A stretch of DNA of 64,000 bases from Desulfohalobiaceae bacterium (GCA_027013815.1 JALWFY010000111.1:46642-110641), one strand, 5' to 3'; numbered from the stretch's first letter, positions 48,642 to 59,559 are shown. Notes: a model not told the origin generated them from the letters alone. Made by a program: numbers and translations.

Positions 48642-49178
48642 TTACTTCTTAGCAGATTTTCCAGCTTTTCTCAAAATTTGCTCACCAATATATTTTATAC
48701 CCTTACCCTTATATGGCTCTGGAGGTCTAATTCTCCTTATTTGGGCCGCCACTTCTCCAACTACCTGTTTGTCAATCCCACTTATAAAAATCTTTAATCC
48801 CTCAACCCTAGCATTCACACCTTCTGGCAATTGATATTCCTTTGGCTTTGAATAACCCACATTTATTATAACCTTGTTGCCCTTTACTTCGGCCTTGTAT
48901 CCCACACCCACTATCTCCAGACCCTTTTCATAACCCTTACTAACCCCAATCACTGCATTGTGTAATAAAGTACGCCGCAGTCCATGTTGTTCCCTGGCCT
49001 TCCTAGACTCATCTATCCGTTTCACATGTATTAGGTCGCCTTTTACCTCATAAGTAATTAATTTATGATTTGCTAAGACCAATTGTCCCTTAGGACCTTT
49101 TACCTCGATTTCATTATCCTTAAAATTGACTGTAACTTTCTCTGGTATTTTTACTGGCAATTTTCCTATTCTTGACAT
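48642..49178 (-). CDS. rplF: 50S ribosomal protein L6
   Basis: [17 protein letters not shown]... is canonical L6. Confidence 0.97.
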   Translation of the reverse strand: MSRIGKLPVKIPEKVTVNFKDNEIEVKGPKGQLVLANHKLITYEVKGDLIHVKRIDESRKAREQHGLRRTLLHNAVIGVSKGYEKGLEIVGVGYKAEVKGNKVIINVGYSKPKEYQLPEGVNARVEGLKIFISGIDKQVVGEVAAQIRRIRPPEPYKGKGIKYIGEQILRKAGKSAKK

Positions 49179-49190
49179 CTCACACCTACC

Positions 49191-49568
49191 CTACCATATT
49201 TGACAAATAAGCTCGCCACCTACCCTCTTGTTCTTGGCCTCCTTACCTTCTAATACACCTTTGGAAGTGGATAATATACATATACCTAATCCATTTTGCA
49301 CACTAGGTATTTCATCCACCCCAACATATACCCTGCGTCCAGGCTTGCTTATTTTTTTTAGATCACCAATAGCAGGCCTTCCCTTAACGTATTTCAAGTA
49401 GACCTTTAACTCTCTGCCCTGTTCTTCGTATTTTTCCACATATCCTTCACGTACCAAGATATCCAGTATCGCCTTCTTCATCTTGGAGGTTGGTATTCCT
49501 ACCTCTTTATGTAGGGCCATATGTGCATTTCTAATACGTGCAAGCATATCTGATATTGGATCAGTCAT
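49191..49568 (-). CDS. rpsH: 30S ribosomal protein S8
   Basis: MTDPISDMLARIRNA... The ORF track adds two residues upstream (49574). Confidence 0.97.
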   Translation of the reverse strand: MTDPISDMLARIRNAHMALHKEVGIPTSKMKKAILDILVREGYVEKYEEQGRELKVYLKYVKGRPAIGDLKKISKPGRRVYVGVDEIPSVQNGLGICILSTSKGVLEGKEAKNKRVGGELICQIW

Positions 49569-49585
49569 ACCCATCGTCTATCTCC

Positions 49586-49771
49586 TTACCAACTGGATTT
49601 GCGTATGCCTGGAAGTTCCCCAGACAATGCCATTGTCCTAAAACAAATCCTACATATACCAAACTTTCTCAAAAAAGCCCTAGGACGTCCACATAAAGGA
49701 CATCTATTATATTTTCTTACCCTATATTTGGGCTTTCTCTTAGCCTTCACCATTAATGCCTTTCTAGCCAA
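49586..49771 (-). CDS. rpsN: 30S ribosomal protein S14, type Z (zinc-binding, 61 aa)
   Basis: [43 protein letters not shown] with a CxxC...CxxC pattern. Confidence 0.95.
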   Translation of the reverse strand: MARKALMVKAKRKPKYRVRKYNRCPLCGRPRAFLRKFGICRICFRTMALSGELPGIRKSSW

Positions 49772-49782
49772 TTTATCCTCCT

Positions 49783-50322
49783 TTACCTTACAAAGGGCAT
49801 ACCCAATAATTTTAATAAAGTCTTTCCTTCTTTATCTGTCTTAGCTGTAGTAACTATGGTAACATTCATTCCCTTCACCCTATCTACTGTATCAATAGGC
49901 AGATCTGGGAAGATCGTGTGTTCTTTTATTCCAAGGGTATAATTTCCTCTACCATCAAATCTCCTATCAGATAGTCCCCTAAAGTCCCTAATCCTTGGAA
50001 TTGCAAAATTGACCAATTTATCCAAAAATGCCCACATCCTATCTCTTCTCAATGTTACTCTACAACCTACAGGATTGCCTTCCCTTACCTTAAAGGCTGC
50101 AATAGACTTTTTTGCCCTCGTAGGTACAGCCTTTTGACCAGCTATTAATGTGAGCTCCTTTACGCCATCCTGTATTATCTTATTTTCATGGGCCCCTTCA
50201 CCTAAGCCCATATTGAGAGATATAAACTTAATCTTTGGGACCTCCATTATGGATTTATACCCAAACTCTTCCCTCAACTTTGGTACGACATTTTCCTGAT
50301 ACACCATATATAAACGATTCAT
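49783..50322 (-). CDS. rplE: 50S ribosomal protein L5
   Basis: Start at ATG 50322 ([22 protein letters not shown]...). The ORF-track extension to 50439 overlaps rplX and is not conserved-looking. Confidence 0.96.
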   Translation of the reverse strand: MNRLYMVYQENVVPKLREEFGYKSIMEVPKIKFISLNMGLGEGAHENKIIQDGVKELTLIAGQKAVPTRAKKSIAAFKVREGNPVGCRVTLRRDRMWAFLDKLVNFAIPRIRDFRGLSDRRFDGRGNYTLGIKEHTIFPDLPIDTVDRVKGMNVTIVTTAKTDKEGKTLLKLLGMPFVR

Positions 50323-50341
50323 AATTGCACCCTTAGATTTT

Positions 50342-50674
50342 TTAATCCAGTATCTCTTTGCATTTTTTACAGTATCTAAGTTTTCTTCCATCCTCAGTGA
50401 ACTTATATCCCACTCTTGTGGGCCTAGAACAGGCCTCACAATAAATTGCTACATTAGATATATGTATTGGTGCTTCTTTTTCTATTATTCCACCACTTTG
50501 ACCTGTATATGGATTTCCTCTTGTATGCCTCTTGACTAAATTGACTTGATCCACAACTACCCTGTCATTTTTCTTAATAATCTTTTTTACTGTCCCTACC
50601 TTCCCCCGGTCCTTCCCACATATGACCATCACTTTGTCATTAACTTTAATCTTGTACTTTTTGTTCATATCCAT
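50342..50674 (-). CDS. rplX: 50S ribosomal protein L24
   Basis: [28 protein letters not shown] motif. Alternative start at 50668. Confidence 0.95.
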   Translation of the reverse strand: MDMNKKYKIKVNDKVMVICGKDRGKVGTVKKIIKKNDRVVVDQVNLVKRHTRGNPYTGQSGGIIEKEAPIHISNVAIYCEACSRPTRVGYKFTEDGRKLRYCKKCKEILD

Positions 50675-50681
50675 CCTACCT

Positions 50682-51050
50682 CTATAAAACTTCAGGGGCC
50701 AAGGATACTATCCTCATAAATCTCTTCTCTCTTAGTTCCCTTGCCACTGGCCCAAAAATACGTGTTCCTATAGGCTCCATATTTTTATTTAATAATACCG
50801 CAGAATTTGTATCAAATTTTATATACGAGCCATTGGGCCTACCAACCTCTTTTTTTGTCCTTACCACCACTGCCTTGTAAATCTCACCCTTTTTGACTTT
50901 TGAATGTGGCATTGCCTCTTGTACAGAAACGACTATTATATCGCCAATACTAGCGTATCTTTTTTTACTTCCCCCAAGGACTTTTATACATTTTACGACT
51001 TTTGCGCCTGAGTTATCTGCTACATCTAGTTTACTCTCTACCTGAATCAT
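50682..51050 (-). CDS. rplN: 50S ribosomal protein L14
   Basis: [28 protein letters not shown]... is canonical L14. Confidence 0.98.
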   Translation of the reverse strand: MIQVESKLDVADNSGAKVVKCIKVLGGSKKRYASIGDIIVVSVQEAMPHSKVKKGEIYKAVVVRTKKEVGRPNGSYIKFDTNSAVLLNKNMEPIGTRIFGPVARELREKRFMRIVSLAPEVL

Positions 51051-51063
51051 TTCCTCTACCCTC

Positions 51064-51336
51064 CTACACCGCTTTTTCCAAGACCTTAAGCAGCCTCCAG
51101 CGCTTTCTCTTACTCAAAGGTCTGCTCTCTATAATTTGAACCTTGTCCCCAGCTCCACATTGATTTTTTGGGTCATGGGCCATAAATTTTTTTCTTTTTC
51201 TAATATACTTCTTGTATAATGGGTGTTTGACCATGGTCTCACACATTACTACTATTGTCTTATCTGGTTTATCACTTACAACATAACCAGTTAATACCCT
51301 TTTACTCTTTTTTTTACTAATCTTAGCTCCGTCCAT
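51064..51336 (-). CDS. rpsQ: 30S ribosomal protein S17
   Basis: [16 protein letters not shown]...HPLYKKY.....KF.AHD....C..GD.V.I.E.RPLSK.K.W. Confidence 0.95.
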   Translation of the reverse strand: MDGAKISKKKSKRVLTGYVVSDKPDKTIVVMCETMVKHPLYKKYIRKRKKFMAHDPKNQCGAGDKVQIIESRPLSKRKRWRLLKVLEKAV

Positions 51337-51532
51337 TCTCCAACTCCAATTGCTTTTCCCTCATAATTGTTAAAATTCGAGCAATACTTTTTTTTACTTG
51401 TGGTATGCGTGCCGTATTTTTTAATTGTCCAATGGAATGTTGAAATCTTAAATTAAATAGTTCCTCTCTGTACTCAGAGAGTTTTTTTTGAAGTTCTGAA
51501 ATATCCATCTCCCGTATTTTTGCAGCTTCCAT
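51323..51532 (-). CDS. rpmC: 50S ribosomal protein L29
   Basis: [43 protein letters not shown]. Confidence 0.94.
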   Translation of the reverse strand: MEAAKIREMDISELQKKLSEYREELFNLRFQHSIGQLKNTARIPQVKKSIARILTIMREKQLELENGRS

Positions 51533-51533
51533 A

Positions 51534-51944
51534 TTAAATCCCCTTCTCTTCTATTTTTGTCCTAATGGGAAGCTTATATGAAGCCCTCTCCAAGGCACCC
51601 TTGGCCTTTTCCACATCTACACCTGCAATCTCAAATAATATCCTTCCTGGCTTTACCAAAGCTACCCATGATGAAGGTGACCCCTTTCCTTTACCCATCC
51701 TCGTTTCAGCTGGTTTTTCTGTAACGGGCTTGTCTGGAAATATCCGTATAAAAACTTTTCCACCACGTTTTAAATATCTCATTATGGCCACACGGGCAGA
51801 CTCTATTTGTTGTGCTGTTAGTCTCCCATGTTCACATGCCTTTAAGCCTACATCCCCAAAGGATACTCTACATCCTCGGTAGGCCTTGCCTCTTGTAAAT
51901 CCCCTGTGTTGTTTCCTATATTTTATCTTTTTTGGACTAAGCAT
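51534..51944 (-). CDS. rplP: 50S ribosomal protein L16
   Basis: [15 protein letters not shown]...[22 protein letters not shown]. Confidence 0.98.
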   Translation of the reverse strand: MLSPKKIKYRKQHRGFTRGKAYRGCRVSFGDVGLKACEHGRLTAQQIESARVAIMRYLKRGGKVFIRIFPDKPVTEKPAETRMGKGKGSPSSWVALVKPGRILFEIAGVDVEKAKGALERASYKLPIRTKIEEKGI

Positions 51945-52581
51945 CAGTCTTTACCTCGTCTAGTATTTCGCCTTTAAATATCCACACCTTTACACCGATT
52001 ATTCCATATGTAGTCAGTGCTGTAGCAAATCCATAGTCAATGTCTGCTCTTAAAGTGTGTAGTGGCACCCTTCCTTCCCTAAACCATTCAGTCCTAGCAA
52101 TTTCTGCTCCACCTAACCTTCCTGAACAGGCAATTTTTATTCCTTTTGCCCCAAATTTTATAGCTAGACTAATGGACCTCTTCATTGCCCTTCTAAAAGC
52201 TACCCTCCTCTCTAGCTGTAAGGCCACATTCTCGGCTACTAGCTGGGCATCCGTCTCTGGTCTCCTGACCTCCACCACTTCTATGACGAATTCCCCTGTA
52301 AATTTCTGTTTTATCTCATTCCTTAATTTCTCTATTTCAACACCTTTTCTACCAATTACTATACCTGGCCTGGCAGTATGTATTATTATACGTACCTTAT
52401 CAGCAGCCCTCTCAATCTCAATCTTTGATATACCAGCGTGATATAATCTTTTTTTTATAAACTTTCTTAGCTGCTTATCCTCATAAACATAACGTGCATA
52501 ATCTTTTTTACTATACCACCTTGATAGCCAGTTTTTTGTATACCCTAACCTGAAACCGTATGGATGTACTTTTTGACCCAA
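51937..52581 (-). CDS. rpsC: 30S ribosomal protein S3
   Basis: [22 protein letters not shown]... with KH domain. Confidence 0.98.
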   Translation of the reverse strand: MGQKVHPYGFRLGYTKNWLSRWYSKKDYARYVYEDKQLRKFIKKRLYHAGISKIEIERAADKVRIIIHTARPGIVIGRKGVEIEKLRNEIKQKFTGEFVIEVVEVRRPETDAQLVAENVALQLERRVAFRRAMKRSISLAIKFGAKGIKIACSGRLGGAEIARTEWFREGRVPLHTLRADIDYGFATALTTYGIIGVKVWIFKGEILDEVKTDA

Positions 52582-52593
52582 AGCCCTTTCCTC

Positions 52594-52926
52594 CTACTCT
52601 TCATCAAGAATAACTGTTATATGACTGGTCCTCTTTAATATCCTCGTGGCCCTTCCCATTGCCCTTGGTCTTATCCTCTTCCACGTAGGACCCTCATTCA
52701 CCAATACATTTTTTACATATAACCGGTCTACATCTAGAGAATAATTATTTTCTGCATTTGCAAGGGCTGAATACATTACCTTATATATTATCTGGGCAGC
52801 TTTTTTGGGAGTAAATTTTAGTACCTCTAATGCCTTATCTACTGGCATATTCTTGACATTTTTTGCCACCAACCTCGCCTTTCTGGGAGATATTCGCACA
52901 TATTTTTGACTAGCTTTTGCCTCCAT
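52594..52926 (-). CDS. rplV: 50S ribosomal protein L22
   Basis: ISPRKARLVAKNV.....AL..L.F.PKKAA ... GP..KR..PRA.GRA..I.KRTSHITV. Confidence 0.97.
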   Translation of the reverse strand: MEAKASQKYVRISPRKARLVAKNVKNMPVDKALEVLKFTPKKAAQIIYKVMYSALANAENNYSLDVDRLYVKNVLVNEGPTWKRIRPRAMGRATRILKRTSHITVILDEE

Positions 52927-52936
52927 AACTAACCTC

Positions 52937-53224
52937 TTACTTTTTTCCCTTTACTTTACTCTTTTTATCACCTGCATGACCATGGAATGTCCTTGTAGGA
53001 GAAAATTCCCCTAACTTATGCCCCACCATATTCTCTGTCACAAATACAGGAACAAACTTCTTCCCATTATGAACCGCAAATGTTAATCCTACCATTTCCG
53101 GAGTAACTGTAGACCTCCTAGACCAGGTCTTTATTACTGACCTGTCCTTTGTTTCCCTGGCTTTCATGACCTTTTTCAAGAGGTGATCGTCAACAAATGG
53201 TCCTTTTTTTAGTGATCTTGGCAT
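52937..53224 (-). CDS. rpsS: 30S ribosomal protein S19
   Basis: [19 protein letters not shown]...[42 protein letters not shown]. Confidence 0.98.
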   Translation of the reverse strand: MPRSLKKGPFVDDHLLKKVMKARETKDRSVIKTWSRRSTVTPEMVGLTFAVHNGKKFVPVFVTENMVGHKLGEFSPTRTFHGHAGDKKSKVKGKK

Positions 53225-53239
53225 AGGGTACCTCGCTAA

Positions 53240-54064
53240 TTATTTTCTTCTTTTTAATATGAACTTATCCGAATATTTATTTTTCTTCCTGGTCTTGTAG
53301 CCCTTGGTTGGCACTCCCCAAGGAGTTACAGGATGTCTTCCACCTGAACTCTTTCCTTCCCCACCGCCATGGGGATGATCAATAGGATTCATGGCTACAC
53401 CCCTTACCTTGGGTCTTTTATTTAAATATCTATTCCTGCCCGCCTTTCCTATTTTTATGTTTTCGTGCTCTATATTACCAACCTGTCCTATAGTAGCCCT
53501 GCAACTTGCCAACACCTTTCTAATTTCACTAGATGGAAGTCTAAGGAGTATATACTTCTCCTCTTTGTCTATAATCTGGGCATATGTTCCTGCTGCCCTG
53601 CATAACTGCCCACCCTTTCCAGGATGCAATTCTATATTGTGGACAATAGTACCATTAGGAATATTACCCATGGGCATTGAATTGCCTACTTTAATGTCCG
53701 CTTTTTCACTAGAGATGATCACATCACCAACAGATAACTCCTTTGGTGCCAAAATATATCTCTTTTCTCCATCCATATAATAGAGGAGCGCAATCCTTGC
53801 ACTCCTGTTGGGATCATACTCAATAGCTGCCACTTTGGCTGGGACATCAATCTTATTCCTCTTAAAGTCAATTATCCTGTATTTCCTCTTATGCCCCCCA
53901 CCCCTTCTCCTGGCTGTTATCCTACCATAGCAGTTCCTGCCATCACTCTGGGGTAAGCCCCTGGTCAATGACTTTTCAGGCTTGGTCTTTGTTATCTCTG
54001 AAAAATCTGATACTGTCTGTCCCCGTCTTCCTGGTGAAGTTGGCTTTAATACTCTAATTCCCAT
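53240..54064 (-). CDS. rplB: 50S ribosomal protein L2
   Basis: 274 aa. [20 protein letters not shown] and [12 protein letters not shown] motifs. Confidence 0.98.
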   Translation of the reverse strand: MGIRVLKPTSPGRRGQTVSDFSEITKTKPEKSLTRGLPQSDGRNCYGRITARRRGGGHKRKYRIIDFKRNKIDVPAKVAAIEYDPNRSARIALLYYMDGEKRYILAPKELSVGDVIISSEKADIKVGNSMPMGNIPNGTIVHNIELHPGKGGQLCRAAGTYAQIIDKEEKYILLRLPSSEIRKVLASCRATIGQVGNIEHENIKIGKAGRNRYLNKRPKVRGVAMNPIDHPHGGGEGKSSGGRHPVTPWGVPTKGYKTRKKNKYSDKFILKRRK

Positions 54065-54066
54065 TT

Positions 54067-54357
54067 TTATACACCTTCAAAAAATTCTATTTTATCACCT
54101 GGCGCCAATTTCACATACGCCTTTTTTAATCCACCTTTTTTCCCAACTACCTTTCCAAACCTCTTTTTTAATTTTGGCTTCTTGTTTATTACTCTGACCT
54201 CTTGAACTTTGACCTTAAAGGCCTTTTCAATGGCCTTTCTAATCTCAATCTTATTCGCACGCCTATCTACCACAAAAACTACCTGATTGGATGTGTCTTT
54301 TAAAAAGGTAGTTTTCTCTGTAAGTAAAGGTTTTAAAATTATCCTTGTATAATCCAT
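54067..54357 (-). CDS. rplW: 50S ribosomal protein L23
   Basis: [12 protein letters not shown]......[22 protein letters not shown]... Confidence 0.95.
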   Translation of the reverse strand: MDYTRIILKPLLTEKTTFLKDTSNQVVFVVDRRANKIEIRKAIEKAFKVKVQEVRVINKKPKLKKRFGKVVGKKGGLKKAYVKLAPGDKIEFFEGV

Positions 54358-54359
54358 AA

Positions 54360-54980
54360 CTACGCCAACCTTTCCTTTATGTTTTCAACCACCTCAGGAG
54401 TGACCACTAGGTTCTCATACTTTAACAGGTCATAAACATTTATATCCTTTTCTAACGTCAATTTAACGTCTGGGACATTCCTTGCAGAAAGAATAACGTT
54501 TTTATCCTGTTTGGACAAAACAATCAAGGATTTTTTTAAGTTCAGGTTATTTTTTACTTTTACAAATTCCCTTGTCTTAGGTTGAGATATCTCTATATTT
54601 TCCAATACCAGAAGATTATCCCCTTTTACCTTAGATGTAAGGGCCATCTTTAAGGCCAATCTCTTTATTTTTTTATTAACCTTAAAGGAATAGTCCCTTG
54701 CCTTAGGTCCATGGCTTACAGCTCCCCCAACCCATATAGGCGACCTGATCGAACCTACCCTGGCCCTTCCTGTCCCTTTCTGCCTCCAGGGTTTTTTCCC
54801 GCCACCCCTAATGGTGGATCTAGTTTTAACTGACACAGTTCCAACTCTTTTTGCAGCAAGATGAGCCTTTACCACAAAGTTTAATATTTCTGGCTTTATT
54901 TCCACATTGAATATTTCGTCAGGTAGATCTATCTCACCCACTTTGTTCTTTTTTAAATCATAAATATTTACCACTGTCAT
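54360..54980 (-). CDS. rplD: 50S ribosomal protein L4
   Basis: GTVSVKTRS.IRGGGKKPWRQKGTGRAR.GSIRSP.W.GG...GP signature. Start at ATG 54980 (ORF track 54989). Confidence 0.96.
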   Translation of the reverse strand: MTVVNIYDLKKNKVGEIDLPDEIFNVEIKPEILNFVVKAHLAAKRVGTVSVKTRSTIRGGGKKPWRQKGTGRARVGSIRSPIWVGGAVSHGPKARDYSFKVNKKIKRLALKMALTSKVKGDNLLVLENIEISQPKTREFVKVKNNLNLKKSLIVLSKQDKNVILSARNVPDVKLTLEKDINVYDLLKYENLVVTPEVVENIKERLA

Positions 54981-54990
54981 TCTACACACC

Positions 54991-55620
54991 TCAACTCTGC
55001 TTACGGATGTAGACTATTGAATTCTTGGCTCCTGGGACTTGTCCCTTGACCAGTATTAGGCCTTCTTCTTTTCTTACATCTAAAATTTCTACATTTTTGT
55101 ATGTATGTTGGACATTTCCCATATGGCCCGGCATCCTTTTTCCCTTAAACACCCTTGATGGATCAGCACATTGACCAATAGAGCCAGTTGCCCTATGAAC
55201 CTTGTGATGTCCATGAGAGTCTGGAGAACCACCAAAATTCCATCTCTTCATTACTCCAGCAAAACCCCTCCCTTTAGATCGCCCTGTAATCTTTACCTTT
55301 TCTCCTACATTGAACAAATCCACACCAAGCTCCTGTCCTACCTGGTATTTATCCACTCCATCAGTCCTAAATTCCTTTAAATGTCTGTAAAATCCCTTAC
55401 CTGCTTTTATCTGATGTCCCTTCTGGGGTTTACTTACCTTTTTCTCTTTAATGGGTTCAAATCCAAGCTGTAGAGCCTCATACCCATCTTTTTCATATTT
55501 TTTTATCTGTATAACCGGGCAAGGACCTACTTTTAAAACTGTTACAGGGACCTTGCTACCGTCTCGTGCAAATATTGTAGTCATCCCCATTTTTTTTCCA
55601 ATTAACCCTAATCCCTTCAT
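54991..55620 (-). CDS. rplC: 50S ribosomal protein L3
   Basis: Start at ATG 55620 (MKGLGLIGKKMGMTTIF...). FAGVMKRWNF.G...SHG motif. Confidence 0.97.
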   Translation of the reverse strand: MKGLGLIGKKMGMTTIFARDGSKVPVTVLKVGPCPVIQIKKYEKDGYEALQLGFEPIKEKKVSKPQKGHQIKAGKGFYRHLKEFRTDGVDKYQVGQELGVDLFNVGEKVKITGRSKGRGFAGVMKRWNFGGSPDSHGHHKVHRATGSIGQCADPSRVFKGKRMPGHMGNVQHTYKNVEILDVRKEEGLILVKGQVPGAKNSIVYIRKQS

Positions 55621-55639
55621 ATATTTCCCCTCTCTATAA

Positions 55640-55948
55640 TTAGAGCTTGATCTCCACATCAACACCTGCAGGTAAGCTTAATTTACCTAAGGCATCTACT
55701 GTTTGCTGGGTTGGTTCCAATATATCTAACAACCTTTTATGGATCCTCATCTCAAACTGTTCTCTTGATTTCTTATTGACATGTACTGATCTATTTACAG
55801 TCACCTTATGAATTCGAGTAGGTAGTGGTATGGGCCCAGCAACAGCTGCACCAGTGTTTCTCGCGGAGTCCACAATTTCTTGTACAGCCTTATCTAGAAT
55901 CCTGTAATCATATGCCTTGAGTTTTATCCTGATCCTATCGCTTTGCAT
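55640..55948 (-). CDS. rpsJ: 30S ribosomal protein S10
   Basis: [14 protein letters not shown]...LD........GPIPLPT... Start at ATG 55948. Confidence 0.98.
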   Translation of the reverse strand: MQSDRIRIKLKAYDYRILDKAVQEIVDSARNTGAAVAGPIPLPTRIHKVTVNRSVHVNKKSREQFEMRIHKRLLDILEPTQQTVDALGKLSLPAGVDVEIKL

Positions 55949-55968
55949 ATTCACCATATTCCAATCTC

Positions 55969-57165
55969 CTATTCCATTATCTCAGAGACGACACCAGCGC
56001 CTACTGTCCTTCCACCTTCCCTTATCGCAAACCTAAGACCTTTCTCCATGGCTATGGGCGCTATTAACTCTACCTCAAACTGCGCATTATCTCCGGGCAT
56101 CACCATCTCAACTCCCTCTTCTAACTTGATCACTCCTGTTACATCCGTCGTCCTAAAATAAAACTGCGGCCTATATCCCGTGAAAAATGGAGTATGACGA
56201 CCTCCCTCTTCCTTCTTCAATACATATACCTCTGCCTTGAATTTCGTATGTGGTGTTATGCTCCCTGGCTTCGCTACTACCTGACCACGCTCTACCTCGT
56301 CCCTCTTGATCCCCCTTAACAATATACCTACATTGTCTCCTGCTTGACCTTGATCCAACGTCTTACGAAACATCTCTACACCTGTCACCACCGTCTTCTT
56401 CGTCTCTCCTAATCCTACTATCTCTACCTCATCTCCTACCGTCACTATCCCTCTCTCTACCCTGCCTGTCACTACCGTGCCCCTACCTGATATGGTAAAT
56501 ACATCCTCTATGGGCATCAAAAATGGCTTGTCTATCTCCCTCACTGGCTCTGGTATATAACTGTCCACTGCCTCCATTAACTCAAATACACACTTCGCTT
56601 CCTCACTGTCTGGATCATCACTCTCCAATGCCTTTAACGCACTACCATATATCACAGGTATATCATCTCCAGGAAAATCATATTGACTTAGTAACTCCCT
56701 TACCTCTAACTCCACTAACTCCAATAACTCCTCATCATCTACTAAATCTACCTTGTTCAAAAATACCACTATGCTCGGTACACCTACCTGACGAGCCAAC
56801 AATATGTGCTCCCTCGTCTGGGGCATCGGACCATCTGTCGCCGCTACTACCAGTATGGCACCATCCATCTGCGCCGCTCCAGTTATCATGTTCTTTATGT
56901 AATCAGCATGTCCTGGACAGTCCACATGCGCATAATGCCTGTTCGGTGTCTCATACTCCACATGCGCCGTCGCTATGGTTATCCCACGCTCCTTCTCCTC
57001 CGGCGCCTTGTCTATCTCATCAAATGGTACATACTCCGCACTACCATACTTCGCCGCCAACTGCTTCGTTATCGCCGCCGTCAACGTAGTCTTACCATGG
57101 TCTATGTGACCTATAGTCCCTATATTTACGTGTGGCTTCTTCCTCTCAAACTTCTCCTTCCCCAT
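55969..57165 (-). CDS. tuf: translation elongation factor Tu
   Basis: 398 aa. [33 protein letters not shown]..., [12 protein letters not shown] motifs. Confidence 0.99.
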   Translation of the reverse strand: MGKEKFERKKPHVNIGTIGHIDHGKTTLTAAITKQLAAKYGSAEYVPFDEIDKAPEEKERGITIATAHVEYETPNRHYAHVDCPGHADYIKNMITGAAQMDGAILVVAATDGPMPQTREHILLARQVGVPSIVVFLNKVDLVDDEELLELVELEVRELLSQYDFPGDDIPVIYGSALKALESDDPDSEEAKCVFELMEAVDSYIPEPVREIDKPFLMPIEDVFTISGRGTVVTGRVERGIVTVGDEVEIVGLGETKKTVVTGVEMFRKTLDQGQAGDNVGILLRGIKRDEVERGQVVAKPGSITPHTKFKAEVYVLKKEEGGRHTPFFTGYRPQFYFRTTDVTGVIKLEEGVEMVMPGDNAQFEVELIAPIAMEKGLRFAIREGGRTVGAGVVSEIME

Positions 57166-57248
57166 AACTACCCCCTACTTCTAGGTTTTACTATACCCCA
57201 CCATCCATTTGATATGAATTTTATGTAGGCAATCTTAAAATTAGACAA

Positions 57249-57321
57249 AGCCCACGACCGGACTTGAACCGGTGACCTCTTCCTTACCAAGGAAGTGCTC
57301 CACCTACTGAGCTACGTGGGC
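57249..57321 (-). tRNA. tRNA-Thr (anticodon GGT)
   Basis: The minus strand folds as a cloverleaf: GCCCACG TA GCTC..GAGC A CTTCC TTGGTAA GGAAG AGGTC ACCGG TTCAAGT CCGGT CGTGGGC T. CCA is not encoded. Confidence 0.93.
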
Positions 57322-57342
57322 ACCCTTCAAAGACAAAAAAAG

Positions 57343-57416
57343 AGCGGGAAACGGGAATCGAACCCGCAACCCCCAGCTTGGAAGGCTGGTGCTCTAGCCA
57401 ATTGAGCTATTCCCGC
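57343..57416 (-). tRNA. tRNA-Gly (anticodon TCC)
   Basis: GCGGGAA TA GCTC AATTGGCT A GAGC A CCAGC CTTCCAA GCTGG GGGTT GCGGG TTCGATT CCCGT TTCCCGC T. Confidence 0.93.
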
Positions 57417-57422
57417 TAACTA

Positions 57423-57505
57423 TGGAGGGGGGTGGATTCGAACCACCGAAGGCGTATGCCGGCAGATTTACAGTCTGCTCCCTTTGTCCACTCGGGAACC
57501 CCTCC
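57423..57505 (-). tRNA. tRNA-Tyr (anticodon GTA), class II with long variable arm
   Basis: GGAGGGG TT CCC GAGTGGACAAA GGG AG-CAGA CTGTAAA TCTGC + variable arm CGGCATACGCCTTCG + GGTGG TTCGAAT CCACC CCCCTCC A. Confidence 0.92.
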
Positions 57506-57509
57506 AAAA

Positions 57510-57582
57510 AGCTGGCGATGGGACTCGAACCCGCAACCTGCTGATTACAAGTCAGCTGCTCTGCCAATTGAGCTACGCCAGC
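57510..57582 (-). tRNA. tRNA-Thr (anticodon TGT)
   Basis: GCTGGCG TA GCTC AATTGGCA GAGC A GCTGA CTTGTAA TCAGC AGGTT GCGGG TTCGAGT CCCAT CGCCAGC T. The T-stem has one C-A mismatch and one G-U pair. Confidence 0.88.
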
Positions 57583-57593
57583 AACAGAAGAGT

Positions 57594-57622
57594 CTTATAA
57601 ACTCTTTTTTTTTAAAAGGCAA
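57594..57622 (-). promoter_or_regulatory. possible sigma70-type promoter of the tRNA-tuf-S10 transcription unit
   Basis: The minus strand reads TTGCCT - 17 nt - TATAAG, ending 11 nt upstream of the first tRNA 5' end. Motif match only. Confidence 0.25.
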
Positions 57623-57671
57623 GAACAAAAATAGATAAATTCAAAAAAATAAAACTATCAACTCTACCACG

Positions 57672-58589
57672 TCAATTTACACATACTGAAACTGGCATAT
57701 CTCCTTTTCCAGTAGTATTTTTTGAATAATCCGAGGCAAGGGTTACTGTTTCTAGATATTCATGTTTGTTTTTCAACAAAAAATCTACAAAGGATGAGTT
57801 AAAATTGTGTCCAGAACAAAAAACTTGAAAATAACCTTCAATTGGAAGTCCAATTAATGATAAATCCCCAATAAAATCCAAGATTTTGTGCCTAACTGGC
57901 TCATCTTCAAATCTTAACCCCTCAGGATTTAAAACACCTCTATCATCAAACACCACTGCATTTTCCAATGATCCTCCAAGGGCAAGTTTGTCTTTCTTTA
58001 AATTATGTACATCCTTCAAAAAACCAAAGGTCCTTGCTGGAGAAATATCGTATTCAAAGGACTTGGCACTATGTTTATAAAAAAAATACTGTTGTCCTAT
58101 TAAATCATGAGAAAAATTTATTATATAATCAACTTTAAACCCCCTAGCAGGATATGCCTTTATCCACCGATTAAAATTGGCCAACATTACATTTTTCTTT
58201 AACAGATATCTTTTTTTAGGGGTATTTAAATCAGTGATGCCGGCAGATAAAATAAGCTCTACAAAAGGATATGCACTCCCGTCCATAATTGGGATTTCTT
58301 CTCCTTGGACCTCTATGAGCAAATTATCAATACCAAGACCACGAATAGCAGCCATTAAATGCTCTATGGTCTTGACCTCTTCTCCGTTAACTTTAAGATT
58401 AGTAGCCAATTCAGTATTACCTACATTCTTTGATATGGCCTTTATATATATGAGTCTATTTTTTACTTTTTTCACAAATATTACACCAGACCTAGAGGGA
58501 GCTGGATGAAAAATAACCCTACAATGAGTTCCAGAATGTAATCCAACTCCTTTACAATTTACAGAATGTCTTATTGTTCGCTCTCTCAT
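57672..58589 (-). CDS. lpxC: UDP-3-O-acyl-N-acetylglucosamine deacetylase
   Basis: 305 aa. MRERTIRHSVNCKGVGLHSG, TIEHLMAA, ...GDLSLIG...GHNFN motifs (zinc and active-site His/Asp). Confidence 0.93.
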   Translation of the reverse strand: MRERTIRHSVNCKGVGLHSGTHCRVIFHPAPSRSGVIFVKKVKNRLIYIKAISKNVGNTELATNLKVNGEEVKTIEHLMAAIRGLGIDNLLIEVQGEEIPIMDGSAYPFVELILSAGITDLNTPKKRYLLKKNVMLANFNRWIKAYPARGFKVDYIINFSHDLIGQQYFFYKHSAKSFEYDISPARTFGFLKDVHNLKKDKLALGGSLENAVVFDDRGVLNPEGLRFEDEPVRHKILDFIGDLSLIGLPIEGYFQVFCSGHNFNSSFVDFLLKNKHEYLETVTLASDYSKNTTGKGDMPVSVCVN

Positions 58590-58632
58590 TTTTTCATCCT
58601 CCTTGAGGAGACCTCCTGCAAAATTTATTCCG

Positions 58633-58641
58633 ATTATAACA
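58633..58641 (-). promoter_or_regulatory. possible extended -10 promoter element (TGTTATAAT) for lpxC
   Basis: The minus strand reads TGTTATAAT 44 nt upstream of the lpxC ATG. The RBS AAGGAGG lies downstream of it. No good -35 was seen. Confidence 0.3.
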
Positions 58642-58705
58642 TATTATTTTTACAGTAATATATCCTATTAGTAGTGTGTGGTTAAAAACACAACTATGTT
58701 TTTTA

Positions 58706-59554
58706 TCACACCTTTTCTACGCAAATAATCCTATCATGTCCTTCATAATCTTTGGCCAACTTTATATCTTTCCAACAACCCTGACTTTCTATCAGTTCTA
58801 TTATTTCAGGAAATTGTGAGCTATCTAGTTCCATTAAGAACCTTCCCCCAGGCCTTAATACATATGGTGAGTGCAAAAGAATATTTACTGCCAATTCAGT
58901 TCCACAAGGCCCGCCAAACAAAGCGTTCATGGGTTCAAAATTTATTACCTCTGGACTTGCCCCATTTAGGAGTTTAGGAGACAAATAGGGCGGGTTGGTA
59001 ACAATTAAGTCTGCTGTATTTGCCTGTATAGATGACAGGAGATCTGTTTGCACAAAACTCAACCTGTCATTGACCTCATATCTCTTAGCATTTAGTCTTG
59101 CTATATCCAGGGCCGGTCCTGATATATCAATACCTATTCCCCTAAAATTTGGGAATTCAAGGGTCAAGGTAATGGCAATATTTCCAGAACCTGTACCTAT
59201 ATCAAAAAAAAACAAGGTATTATCTTTTGAATAAAAGGACTTACACATATCGATTAAAATTTCTGTACAAGGTCTAGGGATCAAGACATCTTTATTTACA
59301 ATAAAATCCCTTCCATAAAATTCCTTCACCCCTATTAAATATGCAAGGGGTTCTCCTTTTCCTCGTCTTTGTATTAATCTCTGTATCTTTAAAATTTGAT
59401 CTTTTGATAGGTCCTGTCTGCTCAACAAGACCTCTAGGCGGGTCTTTCCTAGGACATGGGCAAATATAGCTTCTGTACTAAGTTCTGGTGAGTCTATTCC
59501 CTTACTTCTTAAATATTCTTTACAAAATTTTAAAAAATCATGTAAACTCACCAC
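58706..59554 (-). CDS. prmC: peptide chain release factor N5-glutamine methyltransferase
   Basis: 282 aa. SAM motif FFDIGTGSGNIAI and catalytic NPPY (IVTNPPYL). Directly downstream of prfA. Confidence 0.92.
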   Translation of the reverse strand: MVSLHDFLKFCKEYLRSKGIDSPELSTEAIFAHVLGKTRLEVLLSRQDLSKDQILKIQRLIQRRGKGEPLAYLIGVKEFYGRDFIVNKDVLIPRPCTEILIDMCKSFYSKDNTLFFFDIGTGSGNIAITLTLEFPNFRGIGIDISGPALDIARLNAKRYEVNDRLSFVQTDLLSSIQANTADLIVTNPPYLSPKLLNGASPEVINFEPMNALFGGPCGTELAVNILLHSPYVLRPGGRFLMELDSSQFPEIIELIESQGCWKDIKLAKDYEGHDRIICVEKV

Positions 59555-59559
59555 TTCAG

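Noticed and set aside
50323-50439. N-terminal extension of the rplE ORF (39 extra residues overlapping rplX)
   Set aside because: The canonical L5 N-terminus ([16 protein letters not shown]) begins at ATG 50322. The extension overlaps rplX in another frame.
56523-57228. Two long plus-strand ORFs (188 aa and 140 aa) antisense to tuf
   Set aside because: They lie entirely inside the highly conserved EF-Tu gene on the opposite strand. Their translations are low-complexity (Pro/Leu/His/Ser-rich) with no start context. This is a typical antisense-frame artefact of a codon-biased gene.
57432-57638. 68-aa plus-strand ORF spanning the tRNA cluster
   Set aside because: It overlaps the tRNA-Tyr and tRNA-Thr genes, which fold as canonical cloverleaves on the minus strand. 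A coding interpretation is not credible.
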